Origin: an uncultured Clostridia bacterium
Lineage (GTDB): Bacteria > Bacillota > Clostridia > Oscillospirales > Acutalibacteraceae
NCBI GenBank assembly: GCA_947625785.1
Contig: CANQPS010000014.1
Coordinates: 11,241 to 75,240, forward strand
Reading direction: 5' to 3'
Length of the DNA stretch: 64,000 nucleotides
Positions 30,343-38,480 of this stretch are shown here, in pieces; within the stretch, counting starts at the first letter, position 1; each line of letters opens with the position of its first letter. The translations under genes and the position numbers were made by a program. Under the pieces are notes generated by a model. It had not been told where the DNA came from and did not search any database. It saw only the letters and a program-made list of their open reading frames with translations.

Positions 30343-31671
30343 TCAGTTACTATTAATGTAACTTTTACCTGATATGCTATTAATAAATTGTTGTGCTGTT
30401 CGTCCTGATACTCCGCCTTTTGTCATTTCCCATATATTAGCCTGACGCAAAATTTCATCATCTGACATAGGCAGCTTTTCTTTATGTGCAAGTGTTAAAA
30501 CTATATTATTAAATTCCTTTTTATTTGGTTTAGTATAACATATTGATAAACCAAAACGATGTACAAGAGATAATTTTTCTTCCATCGTATCAGAGCGGTG
30601 CATACCGTCCTGATGCTCTATGTCATTTCTATCGCTCCAATTTTCTTTTATAATATGTCTTCTGTTAGATGTTGCATATATCAAAATATTATCGGGTTTT
30701 GTTTCAACTCCGCCCTCTATGACCGCTTTTAAAAATTTGTATTCAACTTCAAATTCTTCAAATGATAAATCGTCCATATAAATTATAAATTTATAGTTAC
30801 GATTTTTAATTTGTGAAATTATATTAGATAAGTCTTTGAATTGATGTTTATAAATTTCTATCATTCTAAGTCCCTTATCGTAAAACTCATTAACTATTGC
30901 CTTTATGCTTGTTGATTTACCGGTGCCGCTGTCACCATACAATAATACATTATTTGCTTTTTGTCCTTCAACAAATGCAAGTGTATTGTCGATTAATTCT
31001 TTCTTTTGATGCTCATATCCAACCAAATCATTGAGTACTACTGTATCCATATTATTAATAGGACAAAATTTTATACTGCCATCATCATTTTTAGCTATTC
31101 TAAATGCCTTGTTTAATCCAAACATTCCAACGCCATAATCTTTATAAAATGTTGTTACATAATCAAAAAACTCATTTTCATCTTTTGCTTTTTCTAATTT
31201 TGCACTCAATGTTTTAACCTTTTCGCTTACATTCTTATTATACATAAGTTCCTTTTTATTAACTGCTGTATAATTTGAAATTATTGTAAAACAATTTATA
31301 TCAAGCGTTTTCTCTATACCGGTGAAATCAAAATCAAATAATTTCTTAAAGGCTTTAAAATCATTTTTAGCAAAACAATTCACCGTACCATTATTAGCCC
31401 CAACTTTTTCACTTGTTATAGTAAAAGGGTTTTCGTCTGTGATTAATAAAAATGTAAGATAATTATGCCATAAATTTTTATCAAATCCATAGTCTGTGGA
31501 TACTTGCAGTAATCTTTTTATTTGAGTAAATACTCTTGTAACCAATTCATCTTTTGTTTGGGAATTTTCGTCCATTTTCTTGAATATGTCGCTAAGTTCC
31601 ATAATTATTGAATCCTTCGGCATATTACCATATACAAGTAATTTGGAAACTATATTATACATAATAAACAC
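30343..31671 (-). CDS. ATP-binding protein, DUF815/AAA-like
   Basis: It has a Walker A motif LLYGDSGTGKSTSI and a Walker B motif FIIYMDDLSFEE. Confidence 0.65.
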   Translation of the reverse strand: MFIMYNIVSKLLVYGNMPKDSIIMELSDIFKKMDENSQTKDELVTRVFTQIKRLLQVSTDYGFDKNLWHNYLTFLLITDENPFTITSEKVGANNGTVNCFAKNDFKAFKKLFDFDFTGIEKTLDINCFTIISNYTAVNKKELMYNKNVSEKVKTLSAKLEKAKDENEFFDYVTTFYKDYGVGMFGLNKAFRIAKNDDGSIKFCPINNMDTVVLNDLVGYEHQKKELIDNTLAFVEGQKANNVLLYGDSGTGKSTSIKAIVNEFYDKGLRMIEIYKHQFKDLSNIISQIKNRNYKFIIYMDDLSFEEFEVEYKFLKAVIEGGVETKPDNILIYATSNRRHIIKENWSDRNDIEHQDGMHRSDTMEEKLSLVHRFGLSICYTKPNKKEFNNIVLTLAHKEKLPMSDDEILRQANIWEMTKGGVSGRTAQQFINSISGKSYINSN

Positions 31672-31685
31672 CTTCCGTTAAATAA

Positions 31686-31714
31686 AAAGTTCCTGTTTTG
31701 AAACAGGAACTTTT
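31686..31714 (-). terminator. Terminator hairpin immediately downstream of tRNA-Gly
   Basis: GTTCCTGTTT-loop-AACAGGAAC followed by a T-run on the minus strand. Confidence 0.65.
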
Positions 31715-31720
31715 CTTATG

Positions 31721-31797
31721 TGGAGCGGATGACGGGGTTCGAACCCGCTACATTCACCTTGGCAAGGTGACACTCTACCAAATGAGCTACATCCGCA
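31721..31797 (-). tRNA. tRNA-Gly (anticodon GCC), CCA encoded
   Basis: The minus-strand sequence GCGGATGTAGCTCATTTGGTAGAGTGTCACCTTGCCAAGGTGAATGTAGCGGGTTCGAACCCCGTCATCCGCTCCA folds as a cloverleaf. The anticodon stem TCACC/GGTGA flanks a TTGCCAA loop, and the discriminator is U. Confidence 0.88.
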
Positions 31798-31876
31798 TTA
31801 TACTTGTTTCTTACTTATCAGTGCCGATGTATATTATATCGCATAAAGCAGAGTTTGTCAATATCTTTTTTTATTT

Positions 31877-32785
31877 TTATTCCCCAAACATTAAAATTTT
31901 ATTTATCCCGTCGTATCCTGCTTTTGTATTCTCAAAAATATCTGTTGCGGTATATATATTTTCATTTGGATTTTCTATGCAGGGACTATAATGTGTCAGC
32001 CATAATTCTTTTACATTTGCTGTTTTGGCAATATTTGCCGCCTCACTATATAACATATGTTTTTTTTCAATAGCTTTTTGGAGCTTATCGGGAGTGTCAT
32101 ACATACCCTCACATATCAATATATCATTATCCTTAGCATTATCTATTATTGATTGTGTTGGTCTGGTATCAGTACAATATGTCAATGATAATCCTTTTCG
32201 TTCACTGCCCATAACCATATCCGGTGTGAAAATTTTCTCATCAATTACAACGCTTTCTCCTTTTTGGAGATTTTTCCAATATTTTATAGGAATACCAAGT
32301 TCTTTCGCCTTGTCAGGCAAAAATTTTCCTTTTCTTTTTAATCTAAAAGAATATCCGTAGCATTTTGTTGAATGTTCTACCGCAAATGCCTTTATTATCA
32401 TATCTCCAAAGGGCATTTCCAAAAAATCGTCTTGTATTTCTAAAAATTCCAATTGAAACGGCAGTTCAGGTGCTATAACGCAAAGTGATTTTACAATATT
32501 TTCAACATTTCTGCCGCCAATTATTTTTACAGGCTTTGTTCTTCCCATATTTCCCATAGTCAAAAATAAGCCGACTAATCCTGCTATATGGTCGGCGTGA
32601 AAATGTGTTATACATATTATATCTATCGGATTTAAACTATATCCGCATTTTCGTACGGCTAATTGTGTTCCCTCTCCGCAATCTATCAATATCATTCGCC
32701 CATTATATCTTATTACAAGTGATGTCAGCCACCTATTCGGCAATGGAAATGTTCCTCCTGTTCCTACAAGTGTTATTTCCAACAT
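31877..32785 (-). CDS. rnz: Ribonuclease Z (tRNA 3' processing, metallo-beta-lactamase fold)
   Basis: It has the HFHADH motif (ITHFHADHIAGL) and a ~300-aa MBL fold. It is adjacent to a tRNA gene. Confidence 0.85.
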   Translation of the reverse strand: MLEITLVGTGGTFPLPNRWLTSLVIRYNGRMILIDCGEGTQLAVRKCGYSLNPIDIICITHFHADHIAGLVGLFLTMGNMGRTKPVKIIGGRNVENIVKSLCVIAPELPFQLEFLEIQDDFLEMPFGDMIIKAFAVEHSTKCYGYSFRLKRKGKFLPDKAKELGIPIKYWKNLQKGESVVIDEKIFTPDMVMGSERKGLSLTYCTDTRPTQSIIDNAKDNDILICEGMYDTPDKLQKAIEKKHMLYSEAANIAKTANVKELWLTHYSPCIENPNENIYTATDIFENTKAGYDGINKILMFGE

Positions 32786-32864
32786 TTCTTTTACCTCCTG
32801 ATTTTTATTTTATTATAACATATTTTTTAGAATTTTATAATTACGCCAAAGCATTTTAAAATAA

Positions 32865-32910
32865 AAAACACAAAGACCACAAAATAAAATTTGTGGTCTC
32901 TGTGTTTTTG
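32865..32910 (-). terminator. Bidirectional terminator downstream of the SipW/TasA-like operon
   Basis: A 17-bp stem AACACAAAGACCACAAA / TTGTGGTCTCTGTGTT is flanked by T-runs on both strands. Confidence 0.7.
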
Positions 32911-33065
32911 TGAAATTTATTTCATTTTTGAGAGCCAAACCAAGCCCCATATCTCGTACGCACAATCATAATTTGATAAATTATCTTTATTATTTGAATA
33001 CGATAATATACTCATAGATACAATTCCTATAAAAATATCCAAAATCATTCCTATTATAAACATTA

Positions 33066-34340
33066 TCATTCTATTTTATCACCTGTACTATTTAAATCTT
33101 CCTGTACTGCGATATCATTTGATATATTTATATTATTTTCTTCTATATCAGAATTACCGGATTGTGATTTATCTGTACTAATTTCTTCACTCTGTACATT
33201 ATTTTCTTCTTTATCTATAATATTATTTTCACCATTCTTTGTACTGCTTTCATCACTTATAATATTATCTTCTGAGATATTTTTATCATCTTCAATGTCA
33301 TTTTCGACACTTTCTATATTGCTTGTATCACTTGTAATATTATTTTCATCACTTGCCAAGTTATTTTTGTCATTTAAAATGTCATCTTTATTACTTGTGA
33401 TATTATCCTCTGGGATATTTTTATCATCTATAATGTCATTTTCGACACTTTCTATATTATTTGTATCACTTGTAATATTATTTTTATCACTTAACAAGTT
33501 ATTTTCGTTATATATATTATCATTATTATTACTTAATATATTATTTTCATTACTTACCAAGTTATTTTTGTTGCTTATATCAGCATTATTATTACTTAAT
33601 ATATTATTTTTGATACTATTAACATCAATTTTATATTCGCTGCCACTATATGATGCTGTACTAATTGCACTCTTCAAAACATCAATCGTTCCACCGTTTA
33701 GAACTCTATCTATGGTACTATGATCCTCTCTTATAACACCCCAGACAACTTCAAATGAAATTACAACATCTGTATCTATATCTGTACTTATGGTAATTGC
33801 ATAAGATTCACCAAAATTATCTGTGCGTTCCTTTGATATTACTTTTCCGGTTGCTGCGTCCGTAGCCGTTATTATACAGTAGCCTGTGCCTGTACCATTT
33901 CGAGTTAATGTTAAATTGTATTGCACTTTTGTGCCGTCTGTACTACTTATATTATAATCTCCTGACGTTTCTGCCTTTGCAATATAATCATCTTCTTTTG
34001 GTTCTTCTCCAATAAGCCCACTTTTTCTCAAAGCATCTAAATAGTCATCAAAACTACTATATGCCCCCGCCATACCAGCGTCGAATAGCTGCTTAGCCAT
34101 ACTGTATTTACTTGCATAATCTTTTGAAGCGTTATCATAAGAAGTCCGATCAAGCAACTTAAACCCCAAATCAAAGGAGGATGCTGTAATGGTTGAGGAG
34201 CCGGACAGACTATCAGTAAACCACGCAAATGTCAATCCCACTAAATAGACTATACACATTATACTTGCTATTATAGCAGGCAGTAACATATATATAATAT
34301 TTTTATAGGTGTAAAATTTTCGTCCAATTAACTTTTTCAA
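33066..34340 (-). CDS. Secreted protein with a SipW-cognate-type signal peptide, a TasA/camelysin-like N-domain and an N/D/I/S-rich C-terminal tail of 46-aa tandem repeats
   Basis: Its N-terminus, TM...GLTFAWFTDSLSGSSTITASSFDLG, matches the AWF(T/S)D...TFxxGTLDL class processed by SipW. The tail repeats NNITSDT(N/S)NIESVENDI...DDKNI. At DNA level, 33280-33372 and 33418-33509 are direct repeats with a 138-bp period. Confidence 0.7.
   Translation of the reverse strand: MKKLIGRKFYTYKNIIYMLLPAIIASIMCIVYLVGLTFAWFTDSLSGSSTITASSFDLGFKLLDRTSYDNASKDYASKYSMAKQLFDAGMAGAYSSFDDYLDALRKSGLIGEEPKEDDYIAKAETSGDYNISSTDGTKVQYNLTLTRNGTGTGYCIITATDAATGKVISKERTDNFGESYAITISTDIDTDVVISFEVVWGVIREDHSTIDRVLNGGTIDVLKSAISTASYSGSEYKIDVNSIKNNILSNNNADISNKNNLVSNENNILSNNNDNIYNENNLLSDKNNITSDTNNIESVENDIIDDKNIPEDNITSNKDDILNDKNNLASDENNITSDTSNIESVENDIEDDKNISEDNIISDESSTKNGENNIIDKEENNVQSEEISTDKSQSGNSDIEENNINISNDIAVQEDLNSTGDKIE
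33280..33509 (-). repeat. Intragenic tandem direct repeat, two ~92-bp copies with a 138-bp period (46 aa)
   Basis: Near-identical copies begin TTTTTATCATC(T/A)TCAATGTCATTTTCGACACTTTCTATATT at 33280 and 33418. Confidence 0.75.
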
Positions 34341-34371
34341 AACAATCTACCTCCGATTCTCTATATTTTGA

Positions 34372-34415
34372 GGCAATCAAAAGACATAAACAACTGCTTA
34401 TGTCCTTTGATTGCC
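34372..34415 (-). other. Intercistronic 18-bp-stem hairpin (GGCAATCAAAGGACATAA family) just upstream of the RBS of the 33066..34340 gene
   Basis: ggcaatcaaaagacataa-acaactgc-ttatgtcctttgattgcc gives 18 pairs including one G-U. A related element lies at 35376..35444. Confidence 0.6.
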
Positions 34416-34563
34416 ACCCACCCCATACGGATATATATGGGTATGGGTAGCGTTTTTAAAAGGTTTCCTATGAGCTAAACACTGGTTTTCGTCTTTTGAG
34501 TTTTAATTATCGAGGAGTTATCTTTTAGATTATGCGTTAAGTTATCTAAGGATTTAGGCATTA

Positions 34564-35169
34564 TTATGCTTCACCTGGATATTTTGCACCTAAATCGTAC
34601 TGATCATCGCCGAATGCATCACTATCACCAACATCCTGTTTTGCTAAAATATCAATGCCAAATTCAAACGTTTTATCTTGCAATTTGTTATCAGTAGCTT
34701 CATCATTATCAGTTTTCCATTTAAGAACAATGTACCTCTCAGCGGTACCATTATCCTTTGCTACTGAAGCTTCACCAACAGATCCATCAAATGTACTTAA
34801 TTCTTCCCAATCTTGTATCTCAGAAGCCGCATTAGGTTTAGTTTCAACAATTGCAATCTGCAATGCGTCTGCAAAACCATTAGTATCGCTGGTAGTGTCT
34901 ATATTAAATTTACATTTAGCATTAACATTACCCTCATTAGTTATAGTAACTTTTTTATATACTATTGCTCCCGGCTCAAATGTTTCTCCTGTCCAATCTG
35001 CGTCAAAATCTGCTTTTACCTGCAGTTTACCAGCAGTAATTGAATCTTGTTGTGTTGGAGCAGTATAAGTAAACCAAGCGTATGTAGAACCTACGAGCAT
35101 AGCACTGCATAATGACATTGAAATTATACCTGTTACAAGGGCTTTTTTAGTTGATTTAATATTTAACAT
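34564..35169 (-). CDS. TasA/CalY/camelysin-family secreted protein
   Basis: GSTYAWFTYTAPTQQDSITAGKLQV...FEPGAIVYKKVTITNEGNVNAKCKF aligns with the Bacillus CalY/TasA N-terminal region (GGTFAYFSD...TFAAGTLDL...LKPGDSVKKEF). Confidence 0.75.
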   Translation of the reverse strand: MLNIKSTKKALVTGIISMSLCSAMLVGSTYAWFTYTAPTQQDSITAGKLQVKADFDADWTGETFEPGAIVYKKVTITNEGNVNAKCKFNIDTTSDTNGFADALQIAIVETKPNAASEIQDWEELSTFDGSVGEASVAKDNGTAERYIVLKWKTDNDEATDNKLQDKTFEFGIDILAKQDVGDSDAFGDDQYDLGAKYPGEA

Positions 35170-35375
35170 TATTTACTCTTCTCCTTAATATAATAATTTG
35201 GTAAGCATTTTACTTTTTAAAAATACACTTCCCAAAATGCTTTCAAAATCAAAGCGTATTTTTAGGTCTGTCCTCTCCCCTGAGGACTAAACAAAGACGA
35301 CTAACAGATATTTACTCATTGCACCTCCCATTGCATATCTCTGATATGCAATTTTTAATATTGCCTTATTTTTTC

Positions 35376-35444
35376 GGCAATCAAAGGATATAAACAACCA
35401 TTCCTCAACTAAATATTTCGGGCTGTTTATACCCTTTGATTACC
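35376..35444 (-). other. Intercistronic long hairpin, a second copy of the GGCAATCAAAGGATATAAAC element with a 19/22-bp stem and 25-nt loop
   Basis: ggcaatcaaaggatataaacaa ... ctgtttataccctttgattacc. It shares its arm sequence with the element at 34372. Confidence 0.55.
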
Positions 35445-35473
35445 GCCCACAATCCTTGTGGGCATTATTGAGG

Positions 35474-36169
35474 CTATTGAGATTTGCTTTGGGATACATC
35501 TTCTTGTTTTTCCTGTTTCTCCTTTTTAAGCAATAACTCATCTAACATTTTTTGAGCTTCTGCCAACTGTTCACTGAGCTGCTGTTTTTCAGCATTAATC
35601 TGCTCCATCTGTTCTCTTTTATATTTTCTGAATAACACAACATTGCTTATTCCTTGTATAATAATCAATAGTAAAAACGGAACAAATATACAAATTATAT
35701 ATCCCGGTGTAGTTTTGAGAAATAAAAAGAATTTTCCAATTCCTGCAAATCTTATCTTATATTTTCCCATAACGAAATTATAATAAACAGGGTTTTCGTC
35801 ATCAGTATTAGTTGTTGTACCATATGTCACAAAACACGGCAAACCATCTTTATCCTTTGTTACCGAACGAATTTTATGGGTAATCACCTTGCCATAGCTG
35901 TCGTCAGGATTGGTCGACTGAAACGAAATTATATCGCCCTCCTGCAATGTCGAAGGGTCTACTTCTTTCGATAAAATTAAATCTCCTGCCTTGAAATCAG
36001 TAGCACTCATCGAATCCGACATTACCACAAATGCCTTATATCCAAAAATACTTCTATCCATTCTATTAAATGTCAACACTGATACCAGTGTAAATATCAT
36101 CATTATAGCTGCTATTCCAAAAATAACCCAACTTATTATATTTTTTATTTTAACCAAACCATTTTTCAT
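35474..36169 (-). CDS. sipW: Signal peptidase I, SipW-type (archaeal/ER-type S26B)
   Basis: It has an N-terminal TM, the catalytic region VVMSDSMSATDFKAGDLIL (Ser/His type, no Lys box) and a C-terminal TM plus a coiled-coil basic tail, as in B. subtilis SipW. Confidence 0.8.
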   Translation of the reverse strand: MKNGLVKIKNIISWVIFGIAAIMMIFTLVSVLTFNRMDRSIFGYKAFVVMSDSMSATDFKAGDLILSKEVDPSTLQEGDIISFQSTNPDDSYGKVITHKIRSVTKDKDGLPCFVTYGTTTNTDDENPVYYNFVMGKYKIRFAGIGKFFLFLKTTPGYIICIFVPFLLLIIIQGISNVVLFRKYKREQMEQINAEKQQLSEQLAEAQKMLDELLLKKEKQEKQEDVSQSKSQ

Positions 36170-36192
36170 AACAATAGTTCCTTTCCCTCAAA

Positions 36193-36732
36193 TTAATCGA
36201 ATAATTTGTCAGGATTATTCTTGGTTTGTACTGCCTGTGCGGCTATATCAAACGATATTGTTAGATTTTGTGCCTCGTTGCCTACTTCTTCCGGAAAATG
36301 TATCCTTATCTTTAAATATCTTTTCTCCTTTATCAATAACTCATCATCTGCCGCCGGTACATTCACTTTTGTTAGCTCCGATATTTTTCCGGAAAACAAT
36401 AATTTATCCTCATAAAAAATATCTGCGTCCAATATATCTGCAAGTTGTTCTCCTTTTATATTATCAAAATATACCCTGTAATAAACGTCCCAAGTGCTTT
36501 GGTTTTCTATAAAGAATTCTTTCTCTACCGTCATTCCCGGTTCAAATATATATTCCTGCTCATTTATAATTGCCTTTCCGTCATTGAGGTTAATTTTTAC
36601 CGTACCGGTCTGAAACAAATTATTTTCAACTGATACATCAGCATATACCAACGCAAAACTTGTTATGCAAAAGCAAATGGAAAGTATTAATATCGTGAAA
36701 ACACCTAACTGTAATTTTCTGATTATTTTCAT
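36193..36732 (-). CDS. TasA-like secreted protein with a non-canonical signal/cleavage region
   Basis: FALVYADVSVENNLFQTGTVKINLND...FEPGMTVEKEFFIENQS matches the TasA N-terminal NxF..GT.DL and (K/E)PGD..K.F...N.G motifs. The 4-nt overlap with the upstream gene suggests translational coupling. Confidence 0.65.
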   Translation of the reverse strand: MKIIRKLQLGVFTILILSICFCITSFALVYADVSVENNLFQTGTVKINLNDGKAIINEQEYIFEPGMTVEKEFFIENQSTWDVYYRVYFDNIKGEQLADILDADIFYEDKLLFSGKISELTKVNVPAADDELLIKEKRYLKIRIHFPEEVGNEAQNLTISFDIAAQAVQTKNNPDKLFD

Positions 36733-37511
36733 TTTATTATCCTCCTTCGCTCTTTTTTTGATAAAAGGATTATTAATAATAACATAGCACCTGACATTGC
36801 AACTAAAGCAACTAAAATCTTAATACTATTCTCGTCGCCCGTTTCAGGAGCATCTAAATTACCAATTTCTTCAACCCACCATCTGAAATCAGCAGAAAGT
36901 CCTTGTAATTGATAATCATTTCCCACACTTGTATCGAGGTAAACAGTGATTTCATAATATGCCTCGCTCACAACAGAACTATCAGTATCAATTTTGTAAT
37001 CAAGTGACTTTGGCATATCTTTCATAAGCCCGTCATAGAGGGCTTCACCTGTCGTTAAAAGTACTACTTTGCACTTTAATACTTCGGATAGTTTTTCATA
37101 GCCGTTTTTTATATCGGCGTGGTATCTTACTGTTACCGTATTATTATGAGAAACACGAACACAATAATATTTCGTTATCTTATCACCCGGAAACATATTC
37201 TCTACTTGAAATGGTGAATTATCACTTTCACTTTTACTATGTAAATATAATACATCGGCATTTACCTGTGACTGATTATTTACAGGTGCAGCAAAACTAA
37301 TAGAATTTTCAACAATATTTTCTTGTTCACTATCTTGATTACTAAATTTTTCGGATATATAATCCGATTTGGCAGAAACAAGATTACTTGGAACAACTGT
37401 TGTTTTTTCCTTTGATGTATTAAAGTGATTATATAATGGTATTGCACTCAAAGAAAAAATACTAATTATCAAAAAAATCGACAGAATAATAGTTTTTATT
37501 CTTTTTTTCAT
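36729..37511 (-). CDS. TasA-domain protein with a C-terminal sortase-type sorting signal (APETG, TM helix, KKERRR tail). A possible cell-wall anchor, or TapA analogue, for the fibres.
   Basis: It has a signal peptide and a central ENMFPGDKITKYYCVRVSHNNTV TasA-like motif. The C-terminus reads LDAPETGDENSIKILVALVAMSGAMLLLIILLSKKERRRIIK. A strong RBS aggagg is present. Confidence 0.6.
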   Translation of the reverse strand: MKKRIKTIILSIFLIISIFSLSAIPLYNHFNTSKEKTTVVPSNLVSAKSDYISEKFSNQDSEQENIVENSISFAAPVNNQSQVNADVLYLHSKSESDNSPFQVENMFPGDKITKYYCVRVSHNNTVTVRYHADIKNGYEKLSEVLKCKVVLLTTGEALYDGLMKDMPKSLDYKIDTDSSVVSEAYYEITVYLDTSVGNDYQLQGLSADFRWWVEEIGNLDAPETGDENSIKILVALVAMSGAMLLLIILLSKKERRRIIK

Positions 37512-37547
37512 AAAGGTTTGCCTCCTTTATTTGCAATCTCTATTCTT

Positions 37548-37740
37548 TAGAGTTATTTACTCTAATAAAACTATTATAGCATTATTTACTCTAAATGTCA
37601 ACAGTTTATTTAAAAATATTTCTATTACAATATTTTAGTTTTTAAGACTACTTTTGTTATTAGAGTTATTTATTCTGACAACACTATTATAGCGTCATAT
37701 TCTCTAATTGTCAATACCATTTTAAAAAATATTTTTAATC
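37548..37740. promoter_or_regulatory. Two ~80-bp imperfect direct repeats, each starting with a TAGAGT-N5-ACTCTA palindrome, upstream of the SipW/TasA-like operon
   Basis: Copy A at 37548 and copy B at 37661 are 113 bp apart and about 75% identical. The palindrome TAGAGTTATTTACTCTA is perfect in A and degenerate in B. A second half-site TTATTTACTCTAAAT lies within A. Confidence 0.6.
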
Positions 37741-37888
37741 TAATATTCCTTGGTTAGAAAATTAACATTTCTTTTTAAACCTAATAGAAAGCCTATTCAA
37801 TTTAATCTTTACAATCCATTAATTTTATAATAGAATAAGTACAGGTATTGAATAAATACTTAGAAATAACTTTTGGAGGATTTATTAA

Positions 37889-38413
37889 ATGAGTATTCAA
37901 AACCCGATAGTGACAATTACAATGGAAAACGGAGATATTATCAAAGCCGAATTATATCCCGAAATTGCTCCTAACACTGTAAATAATTTTATCAGCTTGG
38001 TTAATAAGGGCTTCTATAACGGCTTAAAATTCCATAGAGTAATTTACGGCTTTATGATACAGGGGGGCTGCCCATTAGGTACGGGAACAGGCGGACCCGG
38101 ATATCATATCAAGGGTGAATTTTCAAAAAATGGCTTTAAAAACGAACTAAAACATACTGAGGGTGTCTTATCAATGGCAAGAAGTCAATTAATGGATTCT
38201 GCCGGTTCACAATTTTTTATTATGCACAGACCGGCACCTCATTTAGACGGCTTATATGCAAGTTTCGGAAAAGTTATTGAAGGTTTGGAAATTGTAAATA
38301 AAATCGCAGAATGTGAAACTAATTTCAAAGACGCTCCTATTAATCCACAAATTATAAAAACCATTACCGTTGAAACTTTTGATATAACATATCCGGAACC
38401 GGAAAAGGTTTAA
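37889..38413 (+). CDS. ppiB: Peptidyl-prolyl cis-trans isomerase, cyclophilin type
   Basis: It has [13 protein letters not shown]...GTGTGGPGY cyclophilin motifs. Confidence 0.92.
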   Translation: MSIQNPIVTITMENGDIIKAELYPEIAPNTVNNFISLVNKGFYNGLKFHRVIYGFMIQGGCPLGTGTGGPGYHIKGEFSKNGFKNELKHTEGVLSMARSQLMDSAGSQFFIMHRPAPHLDGLYASFGKVIEGLEIVNKIAECETNFKDAPINPQIIKTITVETFDITYPEPEKV

Positions 38414-38480
38414 TTTTATAACTAAAAAGCGTTACTATATTTTAATATAGTAACGCTTTTAAAGTTCATTTAAGAATTAA

